Counted from the first letter of the stretch, positions 21,931-31,873 are shown. The stretch: 64,000 nt of DNA from an uncultured delta proteobacterium (GCA_963789265.1 CAWBKB010000001.1:1664001-1728000), one strand, 5' to 3'. Program-made: numbers and translations. The notes: generated by a model from the sequence alone, not told the origin.

Positions 21931-22164
21931 ATGAGAAACGTCATTATGGCATTAACTCTCGTCGGGTCTTTGGTCTTAGTTTCCGCTGCTTGGGCACGCG
22001 GAGGGGAAGGAAGAGGAGAGCTGGACCGGATTTGGCATGAACAACGGCTCCAGCAGAGGGAATTGGCCTGTGCACTGAACAAAACCTGTCCGGCCAAGGC
22101 TAAGGCCCTCAGAAACTACATAAACAATCTGCCGAGAATCTGGAAGGCCGACGAAGATGGATGA
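21931..22164 (+). CDS. Small secreted protein, likely paralog of 21625
   Basis: SD GGAGG; signal peptide ending AWA; WHEQRLQQREL; two Cys. Confidence 0.7.
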   Translation: MRNVIMALTLVGSLVLVSAAWARGGEGRGELDRIWHEQRLQQRELACALNKTCPAKAKALRNYINNLPRIWKADEDG

Positions 22165-22246
22165 CTAAAGACCGGGCTACTGGAATGTCTTGGCGGACTA
22201 TGACTACGGTGGCCGGTGTTCCCGCAGTTATGGGCGGCAAGAGATT

Positions 22247-22533
22247 GTCATTGCGAGTCCCGCGGGACGCGCATTCGCGTTAAGTTAAGGCAATTTCGTT
22301 CCTTTTCAGGAGGTCCATGCAGGCGGAGGGCGTTCAAAGTCCCCCTTTTCTAAAGGGGGATTTAGGGGGATTTTCAAATAGTTATCCAAAAATCCCCCCT
22401 GGCCCCCCTTACGAAAGGGGGGGAACCCCGCGTTTCGCGGGGCGTTAACTTAACGCCTATGCGCGGGACGCGGGAAAGCAATCTCTTCCTCTAATGGCGT
22501 AGATTGCTTCGTCGTTTCACTCCTCGCAATGAC
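22247..22533. repeat. GTCATTGCGAG...CTCGCAATGAC palindromic repeat (host of a MITE)
   Basis: GTCATTGCGAG at 22247; GAAGCAATCT / AGATTGCTTC arms; CTCGCAATGAC ending at 22533. Confidence 0.75.
22272..22461. mobile_element. MITE, family C, with 11-bp target duplication
   Basis: TIR CATTCGCGTTAAGTTAAGGC vs reverse complement of the right end CATAGGCGTTAAGTTAACGC; direct repeat CGCGGGACGCG at 22261-22271 and 22462-22472; internal CCCCCTTT..AAAGGGGG palindromes. Confidence 0.85.
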
Positions 22534-22687
22534 GGAGAACCGCGAACTCCCCCGTGTGACCGAATGCTTGCGGTCACGGCTGGAAAGGGCTTTACAATGC
22601 TCGCTGCCTACTATAAAAATTGAGGGTAAGCATACGTCTTGCAGATAATGCCCGGACTTGATCAGGCCGGTCTTAAAGGAGGAAAAT

Positions 22688-23101
22688 ATGCAGAGGACCT
22701 TGTCCATAATAAAACCCGACGGCGTCTCAAAGAAACTCATCGGAGAGGTTATCGAGATCTTTGAGAACGCCGGCTTCAAGATAGCTGCTGTAAAGATGAA
22801 GATGTTGAGCCGCGCGGAGGCGGAAGGTTTCTATTACGTGCATAAGGAACGGGCGTTTTTTCAAGAATTAGTGGAATTTATGATATCCGGACCGGTTGTC
22901 GTCATGGTCCTGGAAGGCGACGATGTAATAAAACGGAACCGAGAAATCATGGGCGCCACTGATCCTGCCGAAGCCGAGCCCGGGACCATTCGGGCCAAAT
23001 GGGCAGACAACAAGCAAAATAATATAGTCCACGGCTCCGATTCGGAAGAGAGCGCAAGATTCGAGATTGGTTATTTTTTCAGTGGGATTGAAATCTTTTG
23101 A
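22688..23101 (+). CDS. ndk: Nucleoside diphosphate kinase
   Basis: [24 protein letters not shown]. Confidence 0.97.
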   Translation: MQRTLSIIKPDGVSKKLIGEVIEIFENAGFKIAAVKMKMLSRAEAEGFYYVHKERAFFQELVEFMISGPVVVMVLEGDDVIKRNREIMGATDPAEAEPGTIRAKWADNKQNNIVHGSDSEESARFEIGYFFSGIEIF

Positions 23102-24165
23102 TGTCCTTCAATACAAATACGCATTTTCAATCAAACAGTCCCGATCTGGTGGGGATGTCTAGCCCTGAACTGGAGACTTTTCTCTCCGATCTAGGAAAGG
23201 AACGGTACAGGGCGGCTCAAGTCATGAAGTGGATCCACCAGGAGCTGGAGGAATCTTTTGAAGGGATGACCAACCTTTCCAAGGCTCTGCGCGAGGAACT
23301 TTCCTTCAGGGCCCACATCGGTCGCCCGCAAATTATCAAAGCCTTCCAATCGGATGACGGGACTAGCAAATTCCTCCTGCGCCTTGAAGACGGGCTCTGC
23401 ATCGAGACCGTATTGATTCCGGGAGACGATCACGACACCCTTTGTCTTTCCACCCAGGTGGGATGCGCAATGGGATGTCGAATGTGCCGGACGGCCAAGA
23501 TGGGTCTGATACGTAATCTCACGGCAGGTGAAATCGTCTCTCAGTTGTTGGCCGTGCGCAAAGCTATGCCCGAAAGCCGTGTCACCAATGTGGTTCTCAT
23601 GGGCATGGGAGAGCCATTGGCAAACTTCACAGAGACCGTCAAGGCCATCCGCATCCTTACTCATCCGAACGGGCCGCAGATTTCGTGGAGACATCTGACG
23701 GTATCCACAGCGGGACTGGTTCCCCGGATTCGCGACCTTGGGAACGAAGTCAGGGTAAAATTGGCTGTAAGTCTAAATGCGGTGACCGACGATCAGAGAA
23801 GTGCAATCATGCCCATTAGCCGGACGTACCCGCTGTCTGATCTACTCGATGCACTAAAGACGTATCCGTTGGCCAGGCGTGATCGCATTACCATCGAGTA
23901 TGTCCTGATACGCAAGTTCAACGATTCCGATGCAGACGTGCGGCAGCTTGTGCGGCTGCTCGATCCGATCCGGGCAAAGGTCAATCTTATCCCTTTGAAT
24001 GACGAAGCGGCACCTGACCTTCAACAGCCTACACCACAACGTGTCCAACGGTTTCAGGAAATTCTCATGTCTCGGTCTGTAATGGCGATAGTTCGAAAGT
24101 CCCGGGGGAGGGACATCCTTGCCGCGTGCGGTCAGCTTGCCTCCGAGACGAGGAGCCCCCAGTGA
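23101..24165 (+). CDS. rlmN: 23S rRNA m2A2503 / tRNA radical SAM methyltransferase
   Basis: CLSTQVGCAMGCRMC, MGMGEP, AACGQL. Confidence 0.96.
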   Translation: MSFNTNTHFQSNSPDLVGMSSPELETFLSDLGKERYRAAQVMKWIHQELEESFEGMTNLSKALREELSFRAHIGRPQIIKAFQSDDGTSKFLLRLEDGLCIETVLIPGDDHDTLCLSTQVGCAMGCRMCRTAKMGLIRNLTAGEIVSQLLAVRKAMPESRVTNVVLMGMGEPLANFTETVKAIRILTHPNGPQISWRHLTVSTAGLVPRIRDLGNEVRVKLAVSLNAVTDDQRSAIMPISRTYPLSDLLDALKTYPLARRDRITIEYVLIRKFNDSDADVRQLVRLLDPIRAKVNLIPLNDEAAPDLQQPTPQRVQRFQEILMSRSVMAIVRKSRGRDILAACGQLASETRSPQ

Positions 24166-25739
24166 CCGGCAGGCTCGATGACCTGATTCCGGCTCTTTCC
24201 GATCCTTCCATATATCCTCACCACCCTGATTCCGTTCAAGTTGTTCAGACCCACATTTCAGTCGTCTTCATCGCCGGAGACCTGGTTTACAAGATCAAGA
24301 AGCCTGTGGATTTGGGGTTTCTCGACTTCACCACTTTGGAGAAACGCAAGTACTTTTGTCGGCAGGAAGTGCGCCTCAATTCGCGCTTCTCTGAAGGAAT
24401 CTACCTCGGTGTTGCCGCAATCCACGAGGGCACGTCAGGGATCAACCTGAAAGGAGAGGGGGCCGAGGTGGAATCTGCCGTGCTGATGCGCAGAATACCT
24501 CACGATCGACTATTGATCAGTATGCTGGAGAATGACCGGGTTACTCCGCAGCTACTCGAGCGCCTTGCCGACCGGCTTGCCTATTTTCATTCGCACGCAG
24601 CCAAAGGACCGCAGATCGCCAGCTTCGGCTCGTCCCAGGTCATCCATCAGAATCTGACAGAGAACTTCGAGCAGACACAGCCTTACATCGGGCGCACTAT
24701 CGACGCGCAGACGCATGAGGCCATTGCGATCCGCTCCCTTGAGTTCCTCGAGAAGCATCAAAGTCTATTTCAGCAGCGGATCGCCGACGGGTTCATCCGC
24801 GACTGCCACGGCGACCTTCATCTGGAGCACGTGGTAATACTGGATGGGATCATGCTCTACGACTGTATCGAGTTTAACGATCGTTTACGTTACGGCGATA
24901 CGGCTGCGGATTTGGCATTTCTACTTATGGACCTTGATTTCCAAGGGTATCCGGCTTACGCGGATCAAATCGGCCTCCGATACGCGGGCACGTCCGAAGA
25001 CGGAGAAATCCTCGGTTTGTTGGGCTTTTACAAATCATACCGCGCCTTTGTTAGAGGGAAGGTGGAAGGATTTATTCTGGACGATCCAGAGATCTCAAAC
25101 ACTGAAAAGGAGGCTGCCAGACAAGTCGCCAAAGATTATTTTCAGCTCTCCTTGGCTTATCTGAATCCACCTCCGCCCCCTGTGCTGGTGATCACCGTGG
25201 GGCTCATGGGAACAGGCAAGAGTTGGCTGGCTTACCGCTTGGGAAAAAGGCTGGGCATCGAGCCGCTTCGCTCTGATGTTATCCGAAAGGAGATTCACGG
25301 GCTATCCCCGCTTGAACGTCGATGGGAGCAGTATGGCACTGGAATTTATTCGGCACAGGCCACAGAGCAAACCTATGAATCTCTCTTGAAAAAAGCTGCC
25401 GAAGCTTTGGAGCGCGGAGAATCCGCCATAATCGACGCGTCTTTCAGCCGGTTTCGTTATCGAGAGAGCGCCCACGATTTGGCCGTCAGGACCGGGGCGA
25501 GGTTCAGACTGATCGAATGCACAGCCCCCGATACGTTAGCAAGGAAAAGGCTGGAAAAGCGAAGCATCAAGGCCGACGAGCCTTCGGATGGAAGGTGGGA
25601 GGTCTTTAAAATCCAAGAGGCCGACTTTGAACATTTAAGAGACAGCGAGCGCCCACACGTCCGACGGCGGGATTCTACGACGGATCAGAACAATTTTCCT
25701 GGAAGCTTTGTGCGGGAACTCTTGTGTGCTTCACAATAG
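24162..25739 (+). CDS. Aminoglycoside-phosphotransferase-like domain fused to AAA_33 P-loop kinase
   Basis: QTHIS, YKIKKPV..GFLDF, CHGDLH, DCIEFN, GLMGTGKS. Confidence 0.9.
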   Translation: MTGRLDDLIPALSDPSIYPHHPDSVQVVQTHISVVFIAGDLVYKIKKPVDLGFLDFTTLEKRKYFCRQEVRLNSRFSEGIYLGVAAIHEGTSGINLKGEGAEVESAVLMRRIPHDRLLISMLENDRVTPQLLERLADRLAYFHSHAAKGPQIASFGSSQVIHQNLTENFEQTQPYIGRTIDAQTHEAIAIRSLEFLEKHQSLFQQRIADGFIRDCHGDLHLEHVVILDGIMLYDCIEFNDRLRYGDTAADLAFLLMDLDFQGYPAYADQIGLRYAGTSEDGEILGLLGFYKSYRAFVRGKVEGFILDDPEISNTEKEAARQVAKDYFQLSLAYLNPPPPPVLVITVGLMGTGKSWLAYRLGKRLGIEPLRSDVIRKEIHGLSPLERRWEQYGTGIYSAQATEQTYESLLKKAAEALERGESAIIDASFSRFRYRESAHDLAVRTGARFRLIECTAPDTLARKRLEKRSIKADEPSDGRWEVFKIQEADFEHLRDSERPHVRRRDSTTDQNNFPGSFVRELLCASQ

Positions 25740-25902
25740 CCTAATGAATCTATTATGTAATAAAAGACATATTAAATTAGTATGTTAATATGGTTAATTA
25801 ATGCGTAAATTTAATGAAATATTGTAACTACCATGTAATTCTGATATAGACCTGAGCACATGGATGAGCCGGTCATCCAATCTCTCCTGGAGTCGGAGAC
25901 AA

Positions 25903-26805
25903 ATGAAGAATCTGGTGACGCTGTGCTGGTGCGTGGCTGCAACTGCGGTTGGGATGTGGGGCTGTGTGCCTCTAATGAATAGCTCTAGGGGGGACGTGAA
26001 GAAGGACGTGCAACTGCACTATCAACTGGGCATAAGCTATCTGAGCGAGGGGAAGACTCCCCAAGCCGTCAAGGAACTGCTCGCAGCCGAGGCATTGGCG
26101 CACTCAAATGGAGATATCGAACACGCGCTCGGCCTGGCTTATCAGCAGAAAGGGCTGTACGACAAGGCTATAGAGCAATACAAAAAAGCTCTTAAACTCG
26201 AGCCGAAATTGACCGAGGCGCGCAATAATCTTGGCACGGCATATTTAGCTAAAGGTCAATACGACGAGGCGATCAGTAAGTTTCAGGAGTGTTTGAAGGA
26301 CCCACTTTATTCGACTCCGGACAAAGCGGCCTACAATATAGGGGTTGCTTATTTCAAGAAGAAGGATCTGGACAAAGCCATCGAGAATTACGAAAAGGCC
26401 GTGAGATTAAAAGAAGATAATACCAGTGCCCTCTACAATCTTGCATTCTGCCTCCAGGAAAAGAAAAACTATGCCAAGGCATTGGAATGCTACAAGAAGG
26501 TGGCAAATCTGGACCCTACATTCAAAGAAGCGTATTATAGGATGGGCCTGATCTACGAAGACCAACAAGATTACCCCAAGGCATTAAGGTCATTAAATAA
26601 AGCCACTGCGACCGACCCGGACTATATGGTTGCGTATTTCCATGCCGGTAGTATACTGGCCAAGACCGGTGAAGTGGACAAGGCGCTGAAAAAATTACAG
26701 ATGGTGGCAAAGGCTGAGCCGGAAAGCGCCATCGGTAAGAAGGCCAGAGAAATTATCGGCCACTTGAATGTCAAACGGCTTTCTGCCAGACGCTCCGGCG
26801 GTTGA
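25903..26805 (+). CDS. TPR lipoprotein, PilF/PilW/Tgl-like type IV pilus pilotin
   Basis: Lipobox MWGC; multiple TPRs; ARNNLG, PLYSTP motifs; position near ndk-rlmN is typical. Confidence 0.75.
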   Translation: MKNLVTLCWCVAATAVGMWGCVPLMNSSRGDVKKDVQLHYQLGISYLSEGKTPQAVKELLAAEALAHSNGDIEHALGLAYQQKGLYDKAIEQYKKALKLEPKLTEARNNLGTAYLAKGQYDEAISKFQECLKDPLYSTPDKAAYNIGVAYFKKKDLDKAIENYEKAVRLKEDNTSALYNLAFCLQEKKNYAKALECYKKVANLDPTFKEAYYRMGLIYEDQQDYPKALRSLNKATATDPDYMVAYFHAGSILAKTGEVDKALKKLQMVAKAEPESAIGKKAREIIGHLNVKRLSARRSGG

Positions 26806-26884
26806 ACTCCACCTCACTTCACAGGATCCGCGATGGGCGAGGGCAGGGCCGAGATTTGGCCCCGGCACATAAAGGGAGTTTCGT

Positions 26885-27490
26885 ATGCCGAAAATTGAGA
26901 GAGCGCTGATAAGTGTGACTGACAAGGCCGGCATTGATGATCTGGGGAAAGCCCTGGTCGAATTCGGCGTAGAAATCCTTTCCACGGGCGGAACGGCCCG
27001 CGCCCTGTCTAATGCGGGAATCAAAATCCGAGAGGTCTCAGACTTCACCGGCTTTCCGGAAATGCTCGACGGTAGAGTCAAAACTTTGCATCCCAGGATA
27101 CACGGCGGCATACTGGGCATTCGATCCTTGCCTGAACATGTCCGAGCGATGGAAGAGCATAAGATACTGCCCATCGATCTGGTGGCTGTCAATCTTTACG
27201 CTTTTGAGAAGGCTGTCGCGTGGCCTGACTGCACCCTTGCGCAAGCCATCGAAAACATCGACATAGGCGGTCCGACTCTGCTCCGCGCTGCTGCGAAGAA
27301 CTATCCGTTTGTGACGGTCATAACCGACCCCGCTGACTATGCACTGATAACAAGTGAAATGAGACAATCCGGCGGGTCCGTGTCGGAGGCGACAAACTTC
27401 AAACTCGCCAAGAAGGTTTTCCGCAACACGCAGGCGTATGATGCTGCAATCACGCGGTATTTAGATACAGTGGCCGGCACGGGAAACTGA
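26885..27490 (+). CDS. purH: Stand-alone IMP cyclohydrolase (PurH N-terminal MGS-like domain)
   Basis: [34 protein letters not shown]; clean stop at 201 aa. Confidence 0.9.
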   Translation: MPKIERALISVTDKAGIDDLGKALVEFGVEILSTGGTARALSNAGIKIREVSDFTGFPEMLDGRVKTLHPRIHGGILGIRSLPEHVRAMEEHKILPIDLVAVNLYAFEKAVAWPDCTLAQAIENIDIGGPTLLRAAAKNYPFVTVITDPADYALITSEMRQSGGSVSEATNFKLAKKVFRNTQAYDAAITRYLDTVAGTGN

Positions 27491-27517
27491 GTGCGCCGGG
27501 CTGCTTTCGCGAAAATC

Positions 27518-28039
27518 ATGTCAATTCAAGTCGGTATAGTAATGGGCAGCGACTCGGATCTCCCCGTGATGAGGAAGGCTGCGGAGATTCTCGAACGATT
27601 CGATATTCCTCATTGCATGACCGTGGCCTCGGCACATCGGACTCCGGAAAAGGTTGCCGCGCTTGCCCTAAGGGCGGAAAAAGAGGGCTGGAAGGTCATT
27701 ATAGCCGGCGCGGGCATGGCAGCGCACCTTGCAGGTTTTCTGGCGGCTCATACCATTGTGCCGATCCTCGGAGTCCCCCTGGCGTCGTCAACTCTGGGGG
27801 GCTTGGATGCCCTTCTGTCTACAGTGCAAATGCCGAGCGGTGTGCCCGTGGGAGCCATGGCCCTCGGGGCTGCGGGAGCTAAGAATGCCGGACTCTTTGC
27901 CGTCCAGATCCTGGCCGCGTCAGATCGTTCCTTGCAAGAGAAATTGCGTCAATATCGTCGAGAGCAACGAGAATCCATAGAAGAGAAAGCGGCACAAGTG
28001 GAAGCGGGAAGGGAAGGAGAACAGAGAGAATCGGAATAA
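27518..28039 (+). CDS. purE: N5-CAIR mutase
   Basis: MGSDSD, SAHRTP, AGAG.AAHL.G, VQMP.GVPV. Confidence 0.96.
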   Translation: MSIQVGIVMGSDSDLPVMRKAAEILERFDIPHCMTVASAHRTPEKVAALALRAEKEGWKVIIAGAGMAAHLAGFLAAHTIVPILGVPLASSTLGGLDALLSTVQMPSGVPVGAMALGAAGAKNAGLFAVQILAASDRSLQEKLRQYRREQRESIEEKAAQVEAGREGEQRESE

Positions 28040-28094
28040 GCGCTCCTTTAATCTTGCCGCTACACTTCGCGTGTGCGCAGGGAATGACGAACAT

Positions 28095-28170
28095 TGAATC
28101 GGCGGGTAAGATGCCCACCCTACTGTCAGGTGTGGGATGTGGTGAACCCGCCAACGACGGGAGAACCGCA
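28095..28170. repeat. REP-like half element plus short dispersed repeat
   Basis: GGCGGGTAAGATGCCCACCCTAC; GGATGTGGTGAACCCGCCAAC recurs at ~48201 as GGATGTGGTGAGCCCGCCAAC. Confidence 0.5.
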
Positions 28171-28225
28171 TCTGTAACGGCTTTGCCCCTGTCTCTTACT
28201 TCATCGGTACGTCAGCCTCTTCTTC

Positions 28226-29524
28226 TCAGTCCTCGAAATTTCCCTCGGGTCTTCTGTCCCTGCCCAACGATGCCCCTCTCTCCCTGATCTTCTCCTCAGT
28301 CCATTGGGCTGAGTCCTCTATCATCCGGGATGCTTTGGGCCCTAAATGGTACGAACCTGCCTTCAGTATGGCCTCAACAGCCAACGGTGCCGTATCATTC
28401 CCATTAAAAACCGCGGTGATAAGGCGATAAACGAAGTCTTCCACCGCTTGGACCATTCTTTCCCGCTCTTCACGGGCGAGCCCTAGCAGCTTGTTCTCAA
28501 AGGGACGGTTTAATTTCTTGAAGTCACCGCCCTTCCAGCCCTTCTCTTTGGCGTATGAGGTCATCTTCGCCCACATGGGGACAGAAGGCCCTGTGTCCGG
28601 CATTTTGATAAAGTCTCCGTCCTGATCCTGTAAAGCGTTGCCGTACTCATTTACCTTGAGACCCCATGAAACCATCTGGAGCGCTGTCGCAACATTTGCT
28701 TTGGTGGTATGAGTTTCACGGGCGATTGCACGCAGCCGCTCGAAACTGTTTCCGGAGGTGCCGTGCTGGGCTCCCGAGATGTGGAACTTCTCCAGAGCCC
28801 TGTGAATATTGGCCGTCAATTCCACTTGTATACCCGCATCGCTGGCCTCAATCCCGTGCGTAGTGCCGTTGTTAAGTGCGATCCAGTCAGGAAATATGTC
28901 GTGCGCGGTCAAGCCCTGAATCAGAAACAGCGCCTCCTCAGCAGTAGAGAGCCCTTCTTTTCCCTTGATCTCCCCCACTTCAGTTTCGTAGCCCGCCCAA
29001 GCAGGGAAATATTTGTTCAATTCGATATTTGCAAGGAGGTTGTCCGCGTCGGGAAGATGGGAGGCGTCAATGGCGATGGACGTGATCCCTGCGTCGAACA
29101 TGCTGGGAATCTCCACCTTAGCGGTTTCTTTGTCTTTATAGCTCTTAATCCCGTAATGGTCTGCGTGAATCGCGACAGGGACTGTGATGCCCAATTCGTT
29201 ACAGATGGCATCCACCAGTCTGGCCATATTCCAGAGGCTGACGTCACAATAGGCTTCCGCTCCGCCTTCGGACTTGGCGATTTCTATAAGGATGGCCGAA
29301 TTAGCCTTCTCTGCGGCCCTCAATGCACCGCGCGCGACAAAGGAACTCCGTACGCTCGCGGCAATGGCTATTGCATGCCCCTTGGCGATCATGGCTCGGT
29401 CGATTACCTTGCCACTGACAATGAGCGCCCTGGAATTCGGAAACAATTTCTTTACATTGGGCGGCCGCCCGATTTCCAAAGCCTTGTTAAAGTCGCTTGT
29501 CGAAGTGCCTGTATGTGCTTGCAT
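28226..29524 (-). CDS. fba: Class II fructose-bisphosphate aldolase
   Basis: HADH, DASH, ETEVGEI, NGTTHG, QHGTSG, KANVAT; SD GGAGG. Confidence 0.9.
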   Translation of the reverse strand: MQAHTGTSTSDFNKALEIGRPPNVKKLFPNSRALIVSGKVIDRAMIAKGHAIAIAASVRSSFVARGALRAAEKANSAILIEIAKSEGGAEAYCDVSLWNMARLVDAICNELGITVPVAIHADHYGIKSYKDKETAKVEIPSMFDAGITSIAIDASHLPDADNLLANIELNKYFPAWAGYETEVGEIKGKEGLSTAEEALFLIQGLTAHDIFPDWIALNNGTTHGIEASDAGIQVELTANIHRALEKFHISGAQHGTSGNSFERLRAIARETHTTKANVATALQMVSWGLKVNEYGNALQDQDGDFIKMPDTGPSVPMWAKMTSYAKEKGWKGGDFKKLNRPFENKLLGLAREERERMVQAVEDFVYRLITAVFNGNDTAPLAVEAILKAGSYHLGPKASRMIEDSAQWTEEKIRERGASLGRDRRPEGNFED

Positions 29525-29919
29525 GGTTTCCTCCATTGACTTTCTTTTCAGAGCTGCAAAGGTTCAAAAAAGACGGCCAACTGTTTCTCGCGGCTCACCG
29601 ATCCGAGACTCAGCCTCCGTCTGGTCGCAACGGTATCACATCAAATATCGCAACAATGTAATCTGTCAGCATTGAGAAATTAAGTTTCCACGTGTAGGGC
29701 TGCCCTCCGATCGGTCGGTAATCGTTGCCATCCCCGCGTCTAGAGTATAATAGCAGAGCGCTCCTCACACAACACTTAGATAACTTCTGTGGATTATCTC
29801 TTTGCGAGAGGGGAGAGGGGCCGTGATCCGCCGACCCGGGGAAAGAAGCGTCCGGTTCTATCGCCGCTTTTTCAGCTATGACGCAATGCAAGCCACCACG
29901 GCCTGCAACAGGAAGACAA

Positions 29920-30414
29920 CTAATTCCTCGTACCAGTGCTTCTTGATTTGACTGCAACTTTCTTGGCGCTGCGCTCCCACTGGATTTGGGCGGGGGGATA
30001 ACCGGAGGCATTAAGTATCTTGAGGTCGTAGTCGATCCGCCTAGGGCCCGATGGTGCCTTCTTCAGGATGCATCTGACCGCCCCAAAATGCAGGGGACGG
30101 AAGGCGTCGGAATCGCGCAGAAGGTACCGGGTACCGTCAAAATTGAACTCAGCGTTCTTAATCCACCACAAAGTCCCGTTATGGAGTTCGACTTTCAAAT
30201 AAGGAGTCCCGTCATCTTCGCGGAATCGGAGATACCCGGTTGCGAAGACTTTACTTAGATCGGACTCGCCGAGTGCTTCGTACGGAGGGGTAGAAATGGA
30301 GCCTTGAAGCATCCACGCGACAATACCCATTGCTGCCATAAAGACCACACCGATTACGGCAGCAACAAGGTATATCTCGTTTCGCCTGAATGTCGCCAGT
30401 AACCGTTTTCTCAT
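29920..30414 (-). CDS. Hypothetical single-TM protein, coupled to the pilin gene
   Basis: ATGA overlap with the upstream prepilin ORF; N-terminal TM. Confidence 0.7.
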   Translation of the reverse strand: MRKRLLATFRRNEIYLVAAVIGVVFMAAMGIVAWMLQGSISTPPYEALGESDLSKVFATGYLRFREDDGTPYLKVELHNGTLWWIKNAEFNFDGTRYLLRDSDAFRPLHFGAVRCILKKAPSGPRRIDYDLKILNASGYPPAQIQWERSAKKVAVKSRSTGTRN

Positions 30415-30860
30415 CCAGTCCCGTCCTGGACTCGCGATACCGTGGTCATCTTTCCCGCTTCAGAGTCATAACGGTGCAACACCTTGCTCGCACTGTAAAA
30501 AGACTGGCCGGTAAACGCTGTCTTGTCTTTTCCGCGTGCCTTCAGGCTCAAGGTTACCTTCGGCGGTATCTGGACTTTAGTTTGCTTCCCGTCAGGTGTG
30601 GAGAGAAAGACATCGTCGCCATTACCCGACAATTCCGCATCAAAGTAGTGATGCTGTTTGGCGAAGAAATCCTCTTCGGCCTTAGCTGCCAACATCAGGA
30701 CCCGCGCGGCCTGCTCACTCATCCTGCGCTCCCGGTAGGAGTCGATAAGAGAAAAATAGATTACCGACAATACCGCAATAATTGCAATCGCACACACCAT
30801 CTCGAGAATCGTAAATCCAGCCTCGGATCTTGAAACGTTCATTGCAGAAAATCTCCTCAT
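30411..30860 (-). CDS. Type IV pilin / pseudopilin (PilE-like)
   Basis: Prepilin motif AG-FTILE followed by a hydrophobic helix. Confidence 0.88.
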   Translation of the reverse strand: MRRFSAMNVSRSEAGFTILEMVCAIAIIAVLSVIYFSLIDSYRERRMSEQAARVLMLAAKAEEDFFAKQHHYFDAELSGNGDDVFLSTPDGKQTKVQIPPKVTLSLKARGKDKTAFTGQSFYSASKVLHRYDSEAGKMTTVSRVQDGTG

Positions 30861-31024
30861 CGCTCAGCCGTTTTTCCCGAATCTCAAACAGGCCAAGTAA
30901 CCTGCCTCTCGGTCATTTCGCCACACATCACCATGGACTCCGGTGCGGAACCGGCAGGCAGTCTACTTCGAACACGGTTACTAATTCATATTGAGCTGAT
31001 TGTCAAGATATATAAGCTGTAGAT

Positions 31025-31873
31025 TCAAATGGTTATAGAGCCTTCAAAAACAGATACGGCATTTCCCGTCATAACAACGGTAAATCCAAGGCCTTTCCAC
31101 TCTATTATCAATTCGCCACCTCGAAGCTGCACCGTGGCTGTGGAATTTACCAGCCCCTTGAGACCTGCCGCGACCGCGGCCGCGCACGCGCCGGTGCCGC
31201 AGGAGAATGTTTCCCCGCTGCCCCGTTCCCAGACCCTCATCACAATGCTGGTACGATCGACCACTCGGATGAACTCGACATTGGTCTTAGCCGGGAATAG
31301 CGGGTGATTTTCGATTGCCGGCCCGTATCGTTGGGGCAGGGGCCCCGGATCATCCTCGACCACAATAACGCAGTGAGGATTGCCCATAGAGAGAACCGAA
31401 GCTGAGAAAGTCCGGCCTTCAATTTCCACTGGATAATTCAGGACAGGGGTAGCGGCCGAGTGAATTTTGGCGGGAACTCTTTCCGGCTCAAAAATCGGTT
31501 CGCCCATGTCAACTCGCACTGCATTCGTTTTCCCGTCGGGGCCGAGAATCAGTTCAAGGGTCTTTATACCGGCCCTGGTTTGCACCTGGAGAGTTGTTTT
31601 GTGGGTCAGGCTCTTGTCGTATGCATACTTGGCAAGACAACGAATTCCGTTGCCGCACATTTCTGCCAAAGAGCCATCCGCGTTAATATAATCCATGAAG
31701 AAGTCGGCTGCTGAGGAATTCCTGACTATTATTATCCCATCGGCCCCCACTCCGGCGCGGCGATCGCAGACATGGGCGACCTGCTCGGGAGAAAGTGTCA
31801 CACAGTCCTCAAGATCGTGGAACAGGACAAAGTCGTTAAGTGTTCCGTGCATTTTCTGGAAATTGATTCTCAT
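31025..31873 (-). CDS. dapF: Diaminopimelate epimerase
   Basis: KMHG..NDF, GADG, EMCGNG, GNPH, NVEF, ERG.GET.SCGTG. Confidence 0.96.
   Translation of the reverse strand: MRINFQKMHGTLNDFVLFHDLEDCVTLSPEQVAHVCDRRAGVGADGIIIVRNSSAADFFMDYINADGSLAEMCGNGIRCLAKYAYDKSLTHKTTLQVQTRAGIKTLELILGPDGKTNAVRVDMGEPIFEPERVPAKIHSAATPVLNYPVEIEGRTFSASVLSMGNPHCVIVVEDDPGPLPQRYGPAIENHPLFPAKTNVEFIRVVDRTSIVMRVWERGSGETFSCGTGACAAAVAAGLKGLVNSTATVQLRGGELIIEWKGLGFTVVMTGNAVSVFEGSITI

Noticed and set aside
26806..26884. ZTP riboswitch upstream of purH
   Set aside because: Only a simple GC hairpin; the conserved aptamer motifs were not found
29540..29900. Possible riboswitch or ncRNA upstream of fba
   Set aside because: No recognisable consensus; would need an Infernal/Rfam search
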